From NCBI GenBank assembly GCA_001949185.1, contig BDGG01000003.1:4771092-4835091 (forward strand): 64,000 bases of DNA, given 5' to 3'. A program made the translations under genes and the position numbers. The stretch is from Ramazzottius varieornatus (taxonomy: Eukaryota; Animalia; Tardigrada). Shown piece after piece: positions 36,463 to 51,312 of this stretch. Under the pieces are notes generated by a model that saw nothing but the letters and a program-made list of their open reading frames with translations, searched no databases and had not been told where the DNA came from. How positions within the stretch are numbered: position 1 is the first letter of the stretch; each line of letters begins with the position of its first letter.

Positions 36463-39227
36463 GTCGGCTATCCTCCTTGCAGATCGTGTTGTGCCTGGAG
36501 AAAATAAACTGGCATCAAATATTTGATATCAACAGGTTTTATGGTTGCTCTTGAATGGAACGAAGATGCTGATTTCGAAGCCAGACTTGTTTACAAATTT
36601 CACAAGCCTTTGCCGTCGTGGCATGGAAGAGAACCAATGAAACAGCCGGCCGTTCCCGGCATGTATCGGCCATGCCGCTCTGTCGGTTCCAAGCAAACCG
36701 CTTCGCTAACCAGGCTACCACCCATCCGCTTCGTCGCGCTCACGTTAACGCTAACTCGCGCACTACGTAAAGTTGACCAGCGGTTCCACGTTTTCGACTT
36801 TTCGTTCACTCTTTTCATATGCTTCGTTCTTGAAAGCTACCAGATTTTGGCTAGCTCGTTTTACCACAAGCCTGTCGTGGTTAAGAGCTGATTTTGTTTG
36901 CGTTAGGAAGGACCCCAGGATTTGCACACTTCCTGGTACGTTGTACGAGCTGGAACGAGATCGACATTGTAGACGAGGCGGATCGAAGGCTGAAGACTGA
37001 AGAGGAAGTTAGTAGCAATCAGCTTGAGAAACTTAATTGACCGCCCTCATTCGTGGTAATAACCAATGAAGATGGCTTTAAAGGGCATTTATGCGCGGTT
37101 CTGCGGTCGATCAACCATGTCTTATAACTTTAGGCAACACCCGTGAACCCCGCAGTCGGAGAGTGTACGACTGCGCCGTACAGACATGCCCGTAATTAGG
37201 CGGAATATTAATTGCACGGAAGAGGGGAGAGGCAAGAGGGAACCGCGGCACTTTCTCACATAGACCAAGTCAGCAATTGTAAAAGGCAGGAACACCAGAC
37301 GACGACGAAGAGTCAGTGCATGAGGAAATTTATCGTGTTTAATCATCTTAACTGATGCGCTTGAACCGAGTCACAAGAGGAATGTGCCGAGACTGATACC
37401 CTGTGGAAATTTGAACTTTCAAAACTTGAAGCGGCGCGGTACTATTTCGGCATTCAACGCAGCGTCTACCAGGTACCGTTCCAGACAATAATTTGTCCCG
37501 ATCTCGAAAGCATTATCCTCCCAAGAACTGTTGCCGAAACCTTATCAATCCCTGGATTCTGCATTTCGAAGAAGATCAACTGTTTTTGGTTTTTTTTAGG
37601 ATAAAGTCGAGAGAAAGAATACTGATTCAAGCTGCTTCGAGATTGGCTGGGCAGCGAAATTCCCCCTTGGATCTTCTACAGTATATCTGAAACTCGAAGT
37701 GCCAACCTGGTCCAAGAGCATGTCTTCTGGGATGGAATACGGTGGAATACCATAACCAACTGACCTGACCAAAATCAGGACGGATTCAAAGACCTTGCAG
37801 GTAAGACTTGACCGCGCTAGAGAACGTAAACCCGGGACCGGAAGTGAGTACTTCCACCTGCTGAGTTCTCGATGGTGTCAACGTGGTGGTTCAAGTTCGA
37901 ACGTCCATTCCGTCTGGACATTACGGGACATGGTCTATGTTCGAATTGCTTTGAGGTGTATGGAAGTGGGCTGTCGACAGAAAGTTCAGTCCTCCGGTTT
38001 TTATATTTGAGGCTTTCTGGTTGCTGAACTCGATCCACAGTGGGAAGTACTCTTGTACATATGCCTTGCTGGGCTTTATTCGCAGATTTCGTTAGCCCGA
38101 CCGTTTCCAGGAATGTTGTACGTTATGAGCTTCACAGATACACAGAACTAGGGGCTATATCAACGGAGGATGGCATTACATGATAAAGTGCTTGATAGGT
38201 TTGATGGATGGAGGGGATGGCGGGCAAAGCTTGTGGTATCATGTTGACGGGGTGATAGTCTTGGGTTTCCAGATTAACCAGCTCGCGAGCTGCAGAAGCT
38301 GGAGTTAGGTTCGCCGTCGACGTTTGAGGAACGGCGAACCTTATTGCAACTCAGTGGCTTGTGTAATGAGAGACAATATTGCTGGAAACGGCGAAGCAAG
38401 GCAGTGCGCCTCTTTATGTGGTAATTTATCGATTGTCTCAAATTGCGAAGCATATACTGTGTATAGCAGTCCACAACGAACGATGGAAGATCGAAGGACT
38501 CTCCTTCTGCCAATCTACAGTCCGCAATTTAGACGAGGCTTGCTTGAGCAGCTTGAGTGCTATGTTTTAATTTCTCCCAGGAATTGATTAAATGGTGATG
38601 GCATCCCCTTCCCATCTCCCAGTTTTAATTTGTCCTAAATGCAAACGAGCTTATGTGCCCTGTTAAGATTTCTCTTGCCTTCGAAGCAAGTTACAGTGTC
38701 ACGCCTTGCAGTTGAACTTCAAGAAGGAAGGCAAAGACACCAGGGCAAATGAAATGTTTAATCTTGGGCGCGGTTTCCAACTTTGCACAGTTACCCGTGG
38801 CGTTATCGTTTGTCTTTGCTGGGGCTTTGTCGAGGCAACGTTGACTTTTACCTCGTTTACCTGTGGGTGATTAGATGAAGGGGTATAATGCCAGCCGACG
38901 GCAGGATACAGGTCAAATGCGGGATGTGCATCTCTTGGAGGTAGATTAATGAGGAATATATCTCGTGAGCAGACGGCCATCAAGAACAATGGACAAGTGG
39001 CGCATCCTAACATTCAAACCTGTGAGAATCGCACCAAGTCCAACAGGCATAAACACCCTTTGCAAGCAGGTCATTGCCGGACTTTTATGGTCGATATCTC
39101 CCCATACCTGCCACCATATATTCACCTCTAATTCTTTTATGGCTCAATGACGGTTATGCTTGGTCGCGTGACTTTCCACAGCTTGCTTTTCTCGCTCTCC
39201 TCACCAGCCGAAGAAAGATTCGCGATA

Positions 39228-39437
39228 TGTTAGCCAGGCAGAAAAGCTCGACCACATCGTTTTCCGAAGTTGCGCACTCTTCCAGCTGACAACAGTGTAG
39301 ATGTGCGCCACTTGGGACAACGATCATTTGTCATGGTCACATATTTTTTGTTCCATTGGCGCACGTTTACAGTGTTATTGGCTGGAGGTTTGCCCGTGTG
39401 AGCAGCGCTCTGGTCCAGTTTGTTTGCCAAGCTTCCA
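39228..39437. mobile_element. Family A element, two modules
   Basis: gtgcgccacttgggacaacgatc; ends gtttgtttgccaagcttcca. Confidence 0.8.
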
Positions 39438-40184
39438 TACTCTTCTCGAGTTCAGTTTGTGCTTCGGAGGTAAACGAGAACCTTACAAACATTATCGCAT
39501 GTTTTCGATCAGCATGTTGGGAAGAGTAATCACTAATTAGCACCCGTCCGCGCTGACGTCAGAGAATGATCAGCTAGCGCAATTAGGAGTAAACGTACGA
39601 AAACATGTAATCAGCTTACGTGGGATGTTTCAGCGGATTGTGAATTAAGCAAACATGCTTTCAGGACTGACAAGCTCTCTTCCCTGTCACGTTCCGAAAC
39701 TAACCGATGAATGTCGAGACAGAGACCTTCGCTGAAGTGCAGCAAGGTTTTTCAGTAGATGGCGCTTCCTTTGTTTCATGCCATGGAAGCGAGAAGTCGT
39801 GGGTTATTATTGTACAGGGAAGGGTGGGTCGCTCTCCGTCTGCACGGATGGAATTAGAATGAATGCCTGATTACAGGAAGCCATTAACAAAAGGCAACGA
39901 GCTTCTGGACTAGCGGATATTCGTGCTCATTTGCCAGTTTCCCTATAGTTAATCGCGTAATATTTCTTGGATGCCTCATATATTTTCAGCCGGAAGCCGA
40001 AGCCGATGAGGTTTCCGCACGCAAGGCCATATTCCCTCGCATTCATCAAGCTCTAAGTCTGTCAGGAACAAACATACCGAGAGTTCAACATCAGCGAAAA
40101 CCACCTCATTGAAGAGTTTTTACTCGTTATAACTTTGACTGGTTCGAGAAAAAACTGCGGGTTTGTGTGAAAAGCTATCTGGAA

Positions 40185-40385
40185 GATCGGTCAACGGCAC
40201 AGACAAGACAGATGTTTCCAGTGGCGCTCCAGTGCATGATTATCAGTCAGAAGTGTGCGCCACCTAGGGAAAAACCATCAAGTCAATTTTGACTGTTTTC
40301 TCAAGTGGCGCACGATGCGTCATCATGAGCTGATAGCGTGCGCCACTTGAAAAGCGATCTTATACGTTTCGTTTGCCGGCCTTGC
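40185..40385. mobile_element. Family A element, two modules
   Basis: caagtggcgcacg...cgtgcgccacttg; ends cgtttcgtttgccggcc. Confidence 0.8.
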
Positions 40386-41518
40386 ATCTTCAGGATACTA
40401 TTCTTGAGACGATCGATGGTTGTAGTTGAAAGAGGGAAGCAATTAGCGCAGCGCTGGCAAGCTGGATGTCGTTCTTATAAAGCTGGCATTCCTCGCATGG
40501 AATACAGCGCATGACGTGATACAATTACACAAAGTAGTGTAAGGCTGCACAAACACTGAAATTTACTCTGCTCTAAATTTCGCAGCTAGACTGGCGTCCA
40601 TCATTCCCCCTTCGTTAGTGGAATGTAATTTCTTTTCATGCCTTCCTCCCTCTCTTACTCGCTGATCTGCCATCAGGGAAGAAAATATTATTGACAGAAA
40701 TGGAAACTTTCCATTTGCCTCTCCTTCTTCCTGTCGCCAATCAGGCCGAGCATAGTCGACTGTGCTTAATGTCTCGATGGCCAGATATGAATGACGCAAA
40801 TTGCAAATATGCCATGCCCAACGATTGTTTCAATCTGCAAACGAAGCATGCTGCTTTTCAGCTCGATGATTCCCGAGGCCGGGGTATAATTACATATCCG
40901 GCCCAATATGGACTCGCTAGCCGGCATATTCACGGCCCTAATGCAAAGTCCGTGTAGTACTGATTAACCCTTGTTATGAACCGGCAAAAACTCACATCAA
41001 AAAATCGCACACGGTATATTTGTTTCTGAATAGATATAGGCACAGTGCAGTATAATTATTTAACTTCGTTGTGTGATATATAGGGTTCTTCGGTAGGTGG
41101 CGCCACTTTGACGGTCTGTACAGTGACACACTGGGCGTGGTCGGTTGACCTGCAGTGCCCGGGAGGCTAAATGGTTCCCACGTACAGTCCAGCTGACACA
41201 GGAACGTCTACCGTGCGATATGGTCTTCGAGAGGGCGAGTTAATGAGGAAAGCCGGGAAGAGGTCTGACCGAAGAAACACCTTGTGATACAAAAGGCAAG
41301 GGAAAAGACAACAAGTTCATTTACATTAGAACAACGGGATGTGGTAATTAGTCAGGTGAACAAGTGTGTACGTATCTGTGCGGCTCCCCTCATCAACTCA
41401 TTATCCCAGGCTCTATCAGATGTATTCTCGCCCACAATAGATTGCACCAGAACAATATAGAGTTGTTTTAGGTCATTGGCGGCCATACAATTCTAAAGAA
41501 GCAGAATTTTCAAGAGGT

Positions 41519-41793
41519 TCGGGACGACGCAAACCGACAAGATCACTTTTCCAAGTGGTGCACACTTTTGGCCAATTAAACGGAAAATATGCGCCACTTG
41601 GGACAGCAGTCAAACTCGCGAGATTGCTTTCGCAAGTAGCGCACGTTCCCAACCAATAACGCTGGAGCTGTGCGTCACTTAGAGAAGCCATCAAACTGGA
41701 CAACGGTATTTATCCAAGTGGCGCATCTTTCAGCCATTGACACCAAGGATGTGCGCCACTCTGGAAGAGGACTTTGGCGAGTTTGTTTGCAGA
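41519..41793. mobile_element. Family A element, three modules
   Basis: Three consecutive caagtRgYgca...tgcgYcactY pairs. Confidence 0.85.
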
Positions 41794-43627
41794 GAAACCA
41801 CATAGAAATTTTCGGTCCAAATCCAGCGACGAATAGTAAAGATCAGAAAATGGCACTGTTTCGGCATCACTTGATATCCGAACAACGGTCGGAAAATGGG
41901 ATTTGTGTCCAATGGATACATTTTACAATTGGAAAAGGCGAATACACGCAGAGTTTAACAGGAAAGTTATGTGAGTGGAAATGATTGGCATTATGGATGG
42001 GGCAGTTGTCCTCTTTACGGCACAATAGACAATCGCGGTAATCGTATAATGAAATCACGGAATGTATGAGCCCTTCTCTGCGGTATTCTGATTTATCTTC
42101 GTTTTCAATACTGGATTCGCTGTAGGTCGATGTGGGTGAAATCCACGTACTGCTCGTCAAGGTTGATTTCATGTTTTCAAGTGTTTGGCAGGTCCTAATG
42201 CAATATCACTGTAGGAAAAGGCTGCCGCAAATTTCGGACTTGGCTTGAAAGAGAACACAGCGACGTTAATGTTATGCAGAGGGAATATAAAAGGTTGTCG
42301 TAAGAAGGGGGCAGGAAAAGTGAGATGCGGCGAAAGGCGAGATTAGACAAGTTTTAAAAGCACAGAGTGGTATTAATGGCAGTCAGGCATTATGAGACGA
42401 GGCCAGGTCACATCAGCCATCATACAGCTACAACTTCCACCTGTGCAATCTCAGACCTGACATAAGCATAATGGCCACTTTTAATTGCCATGATGGCTGG
42501 CCCAGCTGATAGCGGGGATATGGGTGCAGTTTGAAGTCTAAATGCCAAGCCTCGTAAATCTGTTGTGCAGGCGCTAAGTTGAGAAACCAGCTGTAATTTA
42601 CGTTTATTACGTACGGGGAATTTTGAGCCTCGGTTCAAAACCCTTGCATTTGACTCTGCCACAACTCCAAGTCCAATAGCGACATCGAGCTCGATCTGGG
42701 CTAGACTCTCGAGTTCGCTAAGAAGGCTTCGAAGTGGCTGGAACCTGTCATCTAAAGGTCACCATGTGGCGACAGAGAATTCGAAGGAAAGAATGAAGTG
42801 TTTTCTGGAAGGAGCTAAACTACGGTTTCCAAAGGAGTTTTTCACGTAAAGGCTTTAGCCTTTAGGTGAAGTTTGGACATTGGATACGAGTGCCGGTACT
42901 GGCGGTGTGTGAAGCGGTCGGTGACGCTGTCGCCTTGCAGGTTGTTATTGCTTTGGCGCACAATATGGTTAATGAGCTTTGGCAGGTTGAAATTAAAACT
43001 CATCACGAGCTGCAATTTACGGCATTTATGGCTTGGCATCGTCAGCGCCATTGATTAGTCCGGGGTGTGTGGAATAACCGTGGAAGCGGCGATGCCGGAT
43101 ATGCGTCGATCACGTCAAAGCGATCGAGCTGATTTTGCGTAATTTCTAAAACGGGCCCCATAAATGCATGGCGCTATGCATATGATGGTCGTCTCTACCG
43201 AGAAAACATTGCGCGGAAATGGGTCCTTTTATCACGGTTATAATCAAATCACATTGCAGCGTGCTTGTCTTTTGCCCAGAATTTCAATGGAGCGCAAAAT
43301 GTCTCTCCATCTCTTGATGGCTGGTGGCGCATATCGACTGGCCTGGTAATAATATTCCACGATTTAAAATTAGGCTTCGCATTGTGCATGCGGGGCAGTT
43401 AATTGGAATTTGAAGGATTTGAAGCACTGTTTTCAAAATTTGCTCTCCTCTGGCACTGCCAAAGCATGCGCAGCCATGTCTGTACAACTTTCGTCAAGTC
43501 CGCCATCTTGAACTCTAAAGCCATGCAGCATTCGGTAGAGGGCGCTGTAATGCGAGAAGCCTCTTTGATAAACAAGACTTACCGTCCAATCGAGCATTCA
43601 GAAACGTCGGTTTCAACCGAAGAGCAC

Positions 43628-43720
43628 AGGGAGGCCGGCAAACGGAACGTACAAGATCGATATGTCAAAGTGGCGCACTTTGTCATTGTTCTTGGCTGGA
43701 AGTGTGCGCCACTTGATCGT
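43628..43720. mobile_element. Family A element, one module, truncated
   Basis: gggaggccggcaaacggaacgtacaagatcg...aagtggcgcac...gtgcgccacttg. Confidence 0.8.
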
Positions 43721-44606
43721 TCAGCAAAATTTCGGTGCTGAATTTAAAATTCATTCACCCAGATTCAGGGAACTGGTGAGGCATGTTGAGATGAACGGGA
43801 GGGCGTGACCGTGCACGTGTGGTGGAATTCTTGTGGTCAAGCTTGCCAACATGGCTGCTCACGCCTTGTTAGCGGCATGGAAGCAGTTGAGCCTCCCTGT
43901 ATATTCCCAGCTGACCGTCCATGTCCAGCGTATGGACAAGCGGTCGATTAATATCAGCGAGGTGATTATAAGAGCGCGAGATATGTATGTCGAGGAATTT
44001 CTCAATTCTCCTGTTGAATCAGTGGTCGTTACGGCAGAACAGCTTCAGCCAGCAGATGGATGATGAAAACTCCGCCCGCCATTCCTCCCTCATATGCAAC
44101 GCTTAATTTCTGGCCACACGGTTAATGTCTGGCCTGACCCACAAAGATGACCCAATGTCTTGTGCCTTGCATGCCTATTGAGGTATTGGCCAGTGGTCCA
44201 TCAAGCGGCGTGGGAAGATCAACAAGGTCCAATGTTGGAGTTTAAATTAGGTTAATGCGCTGACCAGTGGTCAGCCAGACATGCTGTGCTGGCAGGTTGA
44301 AATGTCTGCTGCGGGACAAAGAGCGACGACGACAGTACGGCTGTGAAGTTTAAAGTTTAAGCTCGTTAATTCTTCCCTTCTGTCCCTCCGCGCTCTTCGT
44401 CGGTGTGACTTGGCGATGTTCTAAGAAGGAAAGTAAAGACGCCCGTAATGAGTTTGTCAAGAAGGCGGCCACTAACGCCATGGGAAACTTTGAACCTTTA
44501 GGCTTTGTCCACCGGTCTTTATTATCCTTAATGGCCATGTGAGGATACAATATTGCATCTTTCAAACCAGAATTCACAGTCAAGGTCGACCATATGGAAT
44601 TGATAA

Positions 44607-44705
44607 TTGGAAGCTGGGCAAACAGCACGTACAAGCTCATCATCTCAAGTAGCGCACCCTTCCAGCGAATCGCAGTGCATACATGCGCCACTTGAAATAA
44701 TGAGA
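44607..44705. mobile_element. Family A element, one module
   Basis: tggaagctgggcaaac...caagtagcgcac...tgcgccacttg. Confidence 0.75.
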
Positions 44706-46983
44706 GAATGCGCGACTTGATTAGGGCAACAAGTCTGAGATTCACAGGTGAGAAAAACAAGTATCCTCGAGTGAGCCAGTCGATTAGGGTGACGAGACGA
44801 TGGTCAATAATCAGACACCACCGAATAAAACAATATTGTGCGTTGGGTCTTCGCTTCATAATTATGGACTGCGGATTATAGCTGTAGGGAATCTTGATTC
44901 AAACTAGAGCGAATACGTAGGGCAGCGTTGGCAACGGAAAAGATATTGCTTGGTTCTTGGAAGAAGGAAGGACTCTCGTCGGAAGATGATTACAGCTTTA
45001 TTGGTTCTTCCAATTGGGCGGAATTAGCGGCTGGTAATTTCAGTGTTTCAAGCGAAGGTCCATTGACAGTAGAAAGAGAGTGGAGAGGGAAGCTTTAATC
45101 GAGACGTCCTGCTTTGCAATTTGGCGCAAATTTAAAATTTGCACTTAGAGCTGGGACGGGGATTATTGGGCGAGCGTAATGAAACAGACCTATGTATGCA
45201 GCTGCGTGCCTGCGCCGCGCCGCAATTGCATGATTGTGTCTGGCAATATATATTATGGGCCATTATAAAATGAGTTTATAACCTTCTCTGGCCCGGCTCT
45301 CCTTCCTTCATTAACGTACGGACGATCGAACTTGAAGGAAGGAGTAATGAGAGATTGAGGGTAGAAAATCCACGGCGGGGAATGAAGCAACGCCCAACAT
45401 GCGAAAGTTTTATACAGTAATTAGATCATCTGACGGGATATTATTGGTTCTCCAGCGAGCTCGATCGCGAGCCATGCAGTGCAGTGCCATACTGTACAGC
45501 ACGCGGCACTATATCGACATGCAATTAGTTGTCCAATCCAATACTGATTACAAGTCTAACGAAGCTTCGCTGCGGATGTAGTACGTAATGGAAAGTTGGG
45601 AGTAGAGACAGCAATGATCCCCCTTGGAAAATCCATCCACTGTTCGATGCGGTCGGTGTGTGCGTACTTGCCTTTCCAACACTTATATTCTTTAAACTTT
45701 TGATGATGGATGGCAGCTTCGTTATCGAGCCGTGTGTAACTTCGCTACTCAGCCAATGAGCGTAGATACGTCGACGTGATGTGAAGTAATATGCGCCAAT
45801 GTAATAAAGAGGGGCATCGTTGCCTTGTTCAAAGTTGCTGTTGGCCCTGGTTGAAATTTGAAAGGACGAGCGACGTACGAACAAGGGAAAGGGGGCTTTT
45901 AGACTGGTGTGTACCAGTCTCACCACGAATTCCTTTGTAAGATGATATCCACCGATTATTATTAGTTATGCATTATGAGAATTGATTGAATTTTCGGCTG
46001 CTTGTCTTCCTCTTTCCTCCTTGGGCCAAGCGCGCTTGAGTTGCCGTGTCGTACCATCCACTACCGTCTTGGGTAAGTTGTGTCGGCCTCTTGTCTTTCT
46101 TTGCCTCCTCACTTTCCATACATATCCATCTTTCCTATTCTGGCTTTTCAAGTTTCCAAGGCACTTTGACAACTTTTGAGGATTGCCTCATTTTCCGAGA
46201 GTTAACGCAATTATACCAGCGCTCTTTCGTCTCTGAGCCTTTCTTCGTCGCTGAATATTCCCCGCTTCACCGGCGCAGGTACTTGACAACCCCGCCATCG
46301 CTCTCTCCCTCTCTTTGTATCTTCGGTCCTTCGATTCTTCGGATATTGGGGCATCGTAGACTGAATCAACAATGCTATGTTTTTTAAAATGACTCGAAAG
46401 AGAATACGATTACTTTTCAAGAAAGTTGACAAGGATCGTTTTTCTTTTCTTCCAGGCGGTATCTCGAGTCTACTGGATTTCCCGGGGATAGCCAGAGAGA
46501 AGCTGACCAAGTCACAGCCGAGAAGAAGCCGACTGGCTCCTGGAAAGCTTTTTCTCCACCCACTTTTCATCAAAGAGTCTTCCTAGTCTGAAGACTGACC
46601 AAGAACCCAGCCGGATTTTCCCTCAAAAAGCGCACAAGTGGAACTCGAACCCTCGGCTTTTGGATTTCGTACACTGTATACAATACAGGGAATCGGTAAG
46701 TGAAACTGGGGTAAATGCTGTACAGTAGAGTAGTGCGGTGTGGGATGTAAGTTAGAGACACGAGCCAAAAAATGTTCCAGTTGGGTTTTCAGTGGTGTTT
46801 GACTTGTTCACGGCTGGCTGGTCATGATAATATGGCAAGATATGGCACTTGCGTGTTGGGGATCAAATGGTGGAATTTTGTAGCTTTTTCTGCCTATTGT
46901 TGTCTCAGGGGATGCCTTGCGAAATCCCTGATACGCTGTATTTAGGTGGGAATACGAGCTGGGGACAAAGAAGCTTATTATTT

Positions 46984-47185
46984 TGGGACTTGGCAAATAG
47001 ACTCCACAAGATTGTTTTGATAAGCGGCGCACGCTTTCACCCCATAACCCTGAAAACGTGCGCCACTTGTTAAAACAATCGCACTCGACAAGAACGCTTT
47101 TCGAAGTGGCGTACGCTTCAGCCAATAACAGTTGAAAAGTGCGCCACTTGGGAAACAGCACTGCCGGCTTTGGTTTGCGAACTGA
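46984..47185. mobile_element. Family A element, two modules
   Basis: Starts tgggacttggcaaatagactc; two modules. Confidence 0.85.
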
Positions 47186-48258
47186 CATTTAGGCTCAGTT
47201 TGTTGCTGCAAGTTTTGGCTGACTTGGAGGAGAGAGCAGGAAGCGAAATTACGTGCGTTGATGGGAGAGAGCTTTAATTGTACAAGGGGAAAGAAGTGGG
47301 ACGTGCTGCGGGTTAATGGCAACTTGCGGGCTGGAAGCTAGCTGGCGCTCGCCCATCGATCGGTTGTCCCATCCGAGGAAATTAATTAGCTCAAGTGATG
47401 CCGGCTTTATTAGCTGGGTGTAATAGCCTCCGCTTGTTGTTGCCTTAGTTTCAGGTGGGCTATATTGGATATCGCGGCTGAGTATACCTGGCAGTGAATT
47501 ATCGCTTATTAAGCAGCTGGTGTGAAGGGGAAATGGGGCCGACCTCATTATTAGAAGAACCCATGGCTTCAATGTAGAATCATTACGTGATATGTGCTGT
47601 ATGTGTTTTGTGATCTTTTCACATGGCTTTCGGCTGACGACGCACGATTAGGCTGTCTTTGTACCCAATGAAAATGATCTATAGCTCCGGTTGACGAGCG
47701 CCGAAAGATATTAGCCTGCATATGACGCATTTTGTGTTGTTTGCCCACACATTTTCAAATATCGAAGCGAGGGAAGGCCCTTGTTGTTCGCGACAAGCCA
47801 TATTCTTGATGGTTCCCAGTAATGGGCACACCGCGAAGCTCTGGCTTGGTCAATAATTGCAAGCAGATGACATAATGAGAAAATGCCGGCTTGATTTTAG
47901 GCTGTAAATTGCTGACTAGACTGCTGACATTTAGCCGTCATCACAGAAGAAGCCGATAGCCATGTTAGTGCTTCATTATTCAAAGTTAACGAAGGACCCA
48001 AACGCGCCTCTTGGTGCCGTGCACCCTCTCCCCACACCAACTGACGCGCCTTCGACGATTCACAAATGGCGCGCATTCAATGTACACCCAACTTACGAAC
48101 TGAATTTCTCCGGCAGAAAAGAAGAGCGTTCTGGGAAACACTAGTACGCCACTTGATGTGGAACTTCAAACTAGGCAGAAGTCCGCCACCCAGGTGAGGT
48201 GACGCACGAGTTTAGCGGGGTGGATCTGAATACTGGACTCTACGAACTGAGGAGGCGC

Positions 48259-48305
48259 GGTGGTACGCGAGTTCACCGGGGTGGTACGCGAGTTCACCGG
48301 GGTGG
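48259..48305. repeat. Perfect 21-nt tandem duplication inside a degenerate dispersed repeat (~48140-48365)
   Basis: ggtggtacgcgagttcaccgg x2 followed by ggtgg. Confidence 0.85.
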
Positions 48306-49154
48306 AACACTAGACTTGATGGGCTGCTGAGAGGAGGTGGCGCGTGAGTTGACATGGGTGGTGGGCCTGGTCTCGTGGCACCACGTTATAAAATTCCATC
48401 AGCTGGCTAATTTCAGGACTTTGTTATGTGCAAAGCCTGGTCAGGACGTGATTGCACAAAAGGTGTTGGAGGAAATCCATAAAAGGTGGAATAATGGCCT
48501 ACGTGGATTGGAGCGGATGGGGAAGGGCGACACTGGGTCCATGCGCCATCTTAATTACATGTGGCCATGTTTACTTTGCCATCATGCCCGTTTCCTGTCT
48601 GTGTGTGATAAAATGTGCAGAGAGTAGATCGTTAAGACTAGCGTCGACGCAATTTGATGGACGAGCCCGATTGGAGAATTTACCCAGTTCATCAAGAGTT
48701 GCTTATGAGCATTTTACCCCACTGTTTGTGGTTGCTTTCCGCTCGATAATTCGCGCCCCAGACTTGATAATAAGACTCGTTAGTGAGCTACGGCCTACTA
48801 TGCCATGTTGTTATCTTTGGGCTTTGAAGGAAGAGATGTAATATAGTTCATAGCTCGACATGATCTTGATCCATAAGTTGCTCCTGCAGGCGTTGACACT
48901 CTCTTCCTCCCGGCCTCATTTTCCAGCGAGCTTTAGATTCAATGATGACCGATTGGCGACGTCTCCTTGATTAGCATGTGGGCTATTATGCCGAAGGAAA
49001 CGCTTGAGCGCTGGTCTGATGTTTGGCTAACTCAAATGGGAAGCTAGACTGGCTTTGCCGGTTTCATAGATAAATACTGATCCACAGGCAAATCTTCCGT
49101 AAACAAAAATCTCGATGGTCATCCATTACGCACAGTTGGTCAGCCCAACATAGG

Positions 49155-49357
49155 TGAAGGGTCGGCAAACGAAACGTACAAAATCTTTACTGCAAGTGGC
49201 GCACGTTTTCGTTGCTATTTGCTAAAACGTGCGCCACTTGGAACCGGCAAACGAAACGCACAAAACAGCTGGATCAAGTAGCGCACGTTGACATTGTTAC
49301 TGGTCAGAAGAGTGTGCCATTTGACATACCGATCTTGTACGTTTCGCTTGCAGGTGT
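49155..49357. mobile_element. Family A element, two modules with an internally repeated left terminus
   Basis: cggcaaacgaaacg occurs twice; ends cgtttcgcttgc. Confidence 0.8.
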
Positions 49358-50069
49358 CGCAGATTTCTGATCTTTCTGGACATGGAAAATACAATGTTCC
49401 GCAATAAGAAATTCTAGAACAAAATTCAGAAAAGAATAAAAAAGGCATCTTGTGTTTTCGGTGCTGCCATCTGTGAAACCGAAGAGCGCGGAGAGGGAGC
49501 TCGTCGAAGCTGCTGCGCGAGTAAAGTTGGGTGAGGCGTGAAGTATCCCCTCGTATCATGCAATATGGCTAGAAGTGCGGAATTTGAGGATAATTTATAA
49601 CTCAGCAGGGAAGCAATGCTGATACTCGTGTGGCTAAGCGCTTTTTTCCCCAGAAGGTCTACGAACGCTTGCTTGTACCCTGGAAAAGCATGTTTTGTGT
49701 TTGGTGAAGCGCGTCGTGCAGATGGGGGCAAGGTGGTGCATGCCAACCTGAAGAGGCGCGCAACATGCAACTCATAATTCACTCCGCACTGAACGCTTTG
49801 TACGCTGATCATCGTCGGGGATGTGCTTTTGCGTCGAATTTGAAAGTTTGTCTGTGGGTCACAGCACACAAGGAACACTTTCCAGCGAGGGGAAGAGGCG
49901 AAGTTGCTGATGCAAAAGCACGATGTGAGCCAAGTCTGCATGTGCTTAATCAATGCGGCTCAAGCCATTAAATTTCAATCATTAATCCATCCTGTGATGA
50001 AGTATTTGCTGGCTGGCAGACTTGTTTATGTGTTCGTCCAGCAGGCCTCTTCCGGCGAGAGTATGAATA

Positions 50070-50091
50070 TGTGTGTGTGTGTGTGTGTGTG
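50070..50091. repeat. (TG)11 microsatellite
   Basis: Direct reading. Confidence 0.9.
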
Positions 50092-51107
50092 GATGTGTGA
50101 TGGAATGTGATCGACTAGCTTTTGTGTGCTTGTGCTTCCTTCTGGTCAAGCTGCAGTGGCGCTTGAATCATCGGTCAAAATTAGCTAATTAGAGGCGCTT
50201 TCCTTTCGTCATGCTTTTAACTCTGGCGAATATTATGGCGGAGACACTCGATCGCTTAGACAGTTAGTGCTGGCACAAATCTGCCCCGAACCCCTAATGC
50301 TGATGTGACGTTTTAGACATGAGAAGGGGATTAACATGACGCGCGTGATGCGCCTTCATCTTGCACTTTGCCATACATCCGCAAAAACGCTGTCTAAAAC
50401 TGAAGTGAACTTTCTGAGACTATACGTTCTTCTTTTCTGTAGTCCAAGAAACTAGTGTGAAGCGTGAGTTTGGCAAAAATCAAAGATTTTGACCGACACA
50501 CAAGAAAAAGCGGTGGATAGGTCTTCGGACGGTGGCGCCACCTAGCCACCGTCCGAAGAACCAGTCTTTTCGGCGGACTGGAGAATTTCTCGAGCATTGC
50601 CTTGTTCACACGTACCAATGCTCATTCGATGATGTTGTCAGAGAGATGCAGGGGAATGCAGATTTGGATGGCTCAATGTATGCATGCAGGCATCTGCGGA
50701 CGAAATTAAGCTTCCGGTCGGCGCAGCTCTCAATGTTGACTGGAGCTCATCGTGCCATCGGCATGCTCAGCCAACGTAATTTCCCCTGTCATATTGCTGA
50801 ACAAACAAAAACACTGAAAGTTCCAGTGATTACATGTCTTCGATAAGGCTAATTGAAAAGTGCCATGTCGATTGTCAGTTGAGCCAGATCGGCCACTAAG
50901 CACGGGATGGGATCGGATGACATCCAGCAAATACCAGCTTCTCTTTTGCGCGCACACCCGCATTCTACCAACGCTCGCGTCTGTCGCACTGAACCTACAC
51001 TCGCCTTCCCAGCAGAAACGCTGGGTGGCTGGAAACCCTTCGAATATCTTTTCCGGTTTACTTATAATACAGTGATAGAAACGAGTTCAAAAACACACAT
51101 TTTCAGA

Positions 51108-51312
51108 TGGGAACTCAGCAATCGAACTCGATAAGATCACTTTTCCAAGTAGCGCACTCCTTCGGCTAGTTACATTGTAAATGTGCGCCACTTGGGGACA
51201 GTCAAACTCGGCAAGATTGCGCCTCCAAGTGGTGCACACATTCAGCCAACAGCACTGGAGACGTGCGCCACTTGGAAAATCAGTCTTATCGAGTTCGTTT
51301 GCAGACTTTCCA
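51108..51312. mobile_element. Family A element, two modules, well preserved
   Basis: gaactcgataaga ... tcttatcgagttc inverted termini. Confidence 0.9.

Noticed and set aside
41867-42172. ORF with a CxxC...CPIH motif
   Set aside because: Isolated, with no further support; chance or transposon debris
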